Below the pieces are notes generated by a model. That model saw nothing but the letters and a program-made list of their open reading frames with translations, was not told the origin of the DNA and ran no database searches. Below are positions 63,502 to 64,000 of a DNA stretch of 64,000 bases, piece after piece. The stretch comes from Clostridiales bacterium (GTDB taxonomy: Bacteria; Bacillota; Clostridia; Lachnospirales; Lachnospiraceae), in the NCBI GenBank assembly GCA_021202655.1, contig JAJQCO010000231.1, forward strand, positions 25 to 64,024, written 5' to 3'. Positions within the stretch are counted from its first letter, which is position 1; the number at the start of each line of letters is the position of its first letter. A program made the translations under genes and the position numbers.

Positions 63502-64000
63502 CTATTTCAGAATTTTCCAATAACCGGACTTATTAGAACCCACTCGCTCAATATAGCCCAATTTTTTCAATGCTGAAATCCCGGTATCGACTGTTGTTTT
63601 GCCAACTTTAAGCTTCTCCATAATTCGTGCTTTCGTAATATTGGGATTATTCCTTATCTCTGCAAGAATTCGCACTTGCGTTTTAGTCAATGCCGCTTCC
63701 TTTGATCCTGCAACGGCGTTTTTATTACCCACTTTATTGCCCGTTTTATTACCCGCTTTGTCGCCCATAACATTGATCCAACTAAACGGAATTGTTACAA
63801 CGATGGAGTTCTCTCTGAACTCATATGCCTCTCTCCCATACCTCTGCGTAATTCTTGGCACACCTCTGCCTGTCTTCTCACTTATATGAAGCTGGAGAAG
63901 AATCTCCGACAGTTTCTTATTCACAGGCACCGATTCGCCTGCAAAAAAGCCTTCCATCGTCTGTTCTGGAGCAAGAGAACCTCGCGAAAGGATTTCTATT
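63502..64000 (-). CDS. C-terminal part of an AlbA_2-family putative regulator (HATPase_c_4-like + winged HTH), 5' end outside the window
   Basis: The frame is open to the window edge (..EILSRGSLAPEQTMEG..). TGRGVPRI motif, a GNK-repeat linker, then the HTH region TKTQVRILAEIRNNPNITKARIMEKLKVGKTTVDTGISALKKLGYIERVG. Confidence 0.65.
   Translation of the reverse strand, partial: IEILSRGSLAPEQTMEGFFAGESVPVNKKLSEILLQLHISEKTGRGVPRITQRYGREAYEFRENSIVVTIPFSWINVMGDKAGNKTGNKVGNKNAVAGSKEAALTKTQVRILAEIRNNPNITKARIMEKLKVGKTTVDTGISALKKLGYIERVGSNKSGYWKILK

Overview
This is a GC-rich chromosomal segment, most likely from a spore-forming Firmicute (Clostridia-like). That taxon call is an inference from gene content: a CotS-type kinase, GtrA/YfhO, the L31-Rho-DUF1385-PrmC-PrfA neighbourhood, and a T-box-controlled aspS-gatCAB operon. 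I call about 50 genes, and from 2.8 kb to 61 kb all of them are on the minus strand.

Gene blocks, left to right:
- 1-2.7 kb: a very acidic cell-wall-binding repeat protein and a lone small tyrosine recombinase.
- 2.8-14.7 kb: leuA, glmM, rfbD-rfbB-rfbA (no rmlC), prfA-prmC-DUF1385, rpmE, and rho with a long N/Y/R/G-rich insertion.
- 14.9-30.8 kb: a ~16 kb cell-wall glycopolymer locus. It holds a NodB deacetylase, a GtrB-like GT2, LicD, CDP-hexose genes rfbF/G/H, a GT-C membrane protein, a GT2, gmhA, hddA, a 1354-aa methyltransferase/kinase-like/coiled-coil/GT2/GT4 fusion, and a Wzt-type ABC ATPase with no permease.
- 31.1-36.2 kb: a GntR-controlled tctCBA plus HpcH-aldolase locus with three identical palindromic operators.
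- 36.3-48.6 kb: deoB, cdd, argH, yfhO, gtrA, an aminotransferase and gatBAC-aspS.
- 49.4-64 kb: a 2-hydroxycarboxylate transporter, an amino-acid ABC importer fused in an operon with a serine hydrolase and a CapA-like protein, a phosphoglucomutase, a CotS-like kinase, cca, a MATE pump and two AlbA_2/Schlafen-type genes.

The signal least explained by ordinary annotation is a ~125-nt two-hairpin intergenic repeat family. It has three copies plus one 265-nt relative, and the paired positions change together between copies. One copy plus the long relative sits between the aspS T-box terminator and the aspS start codon.

All product calls come from motif recognition by eye. No searches were run.
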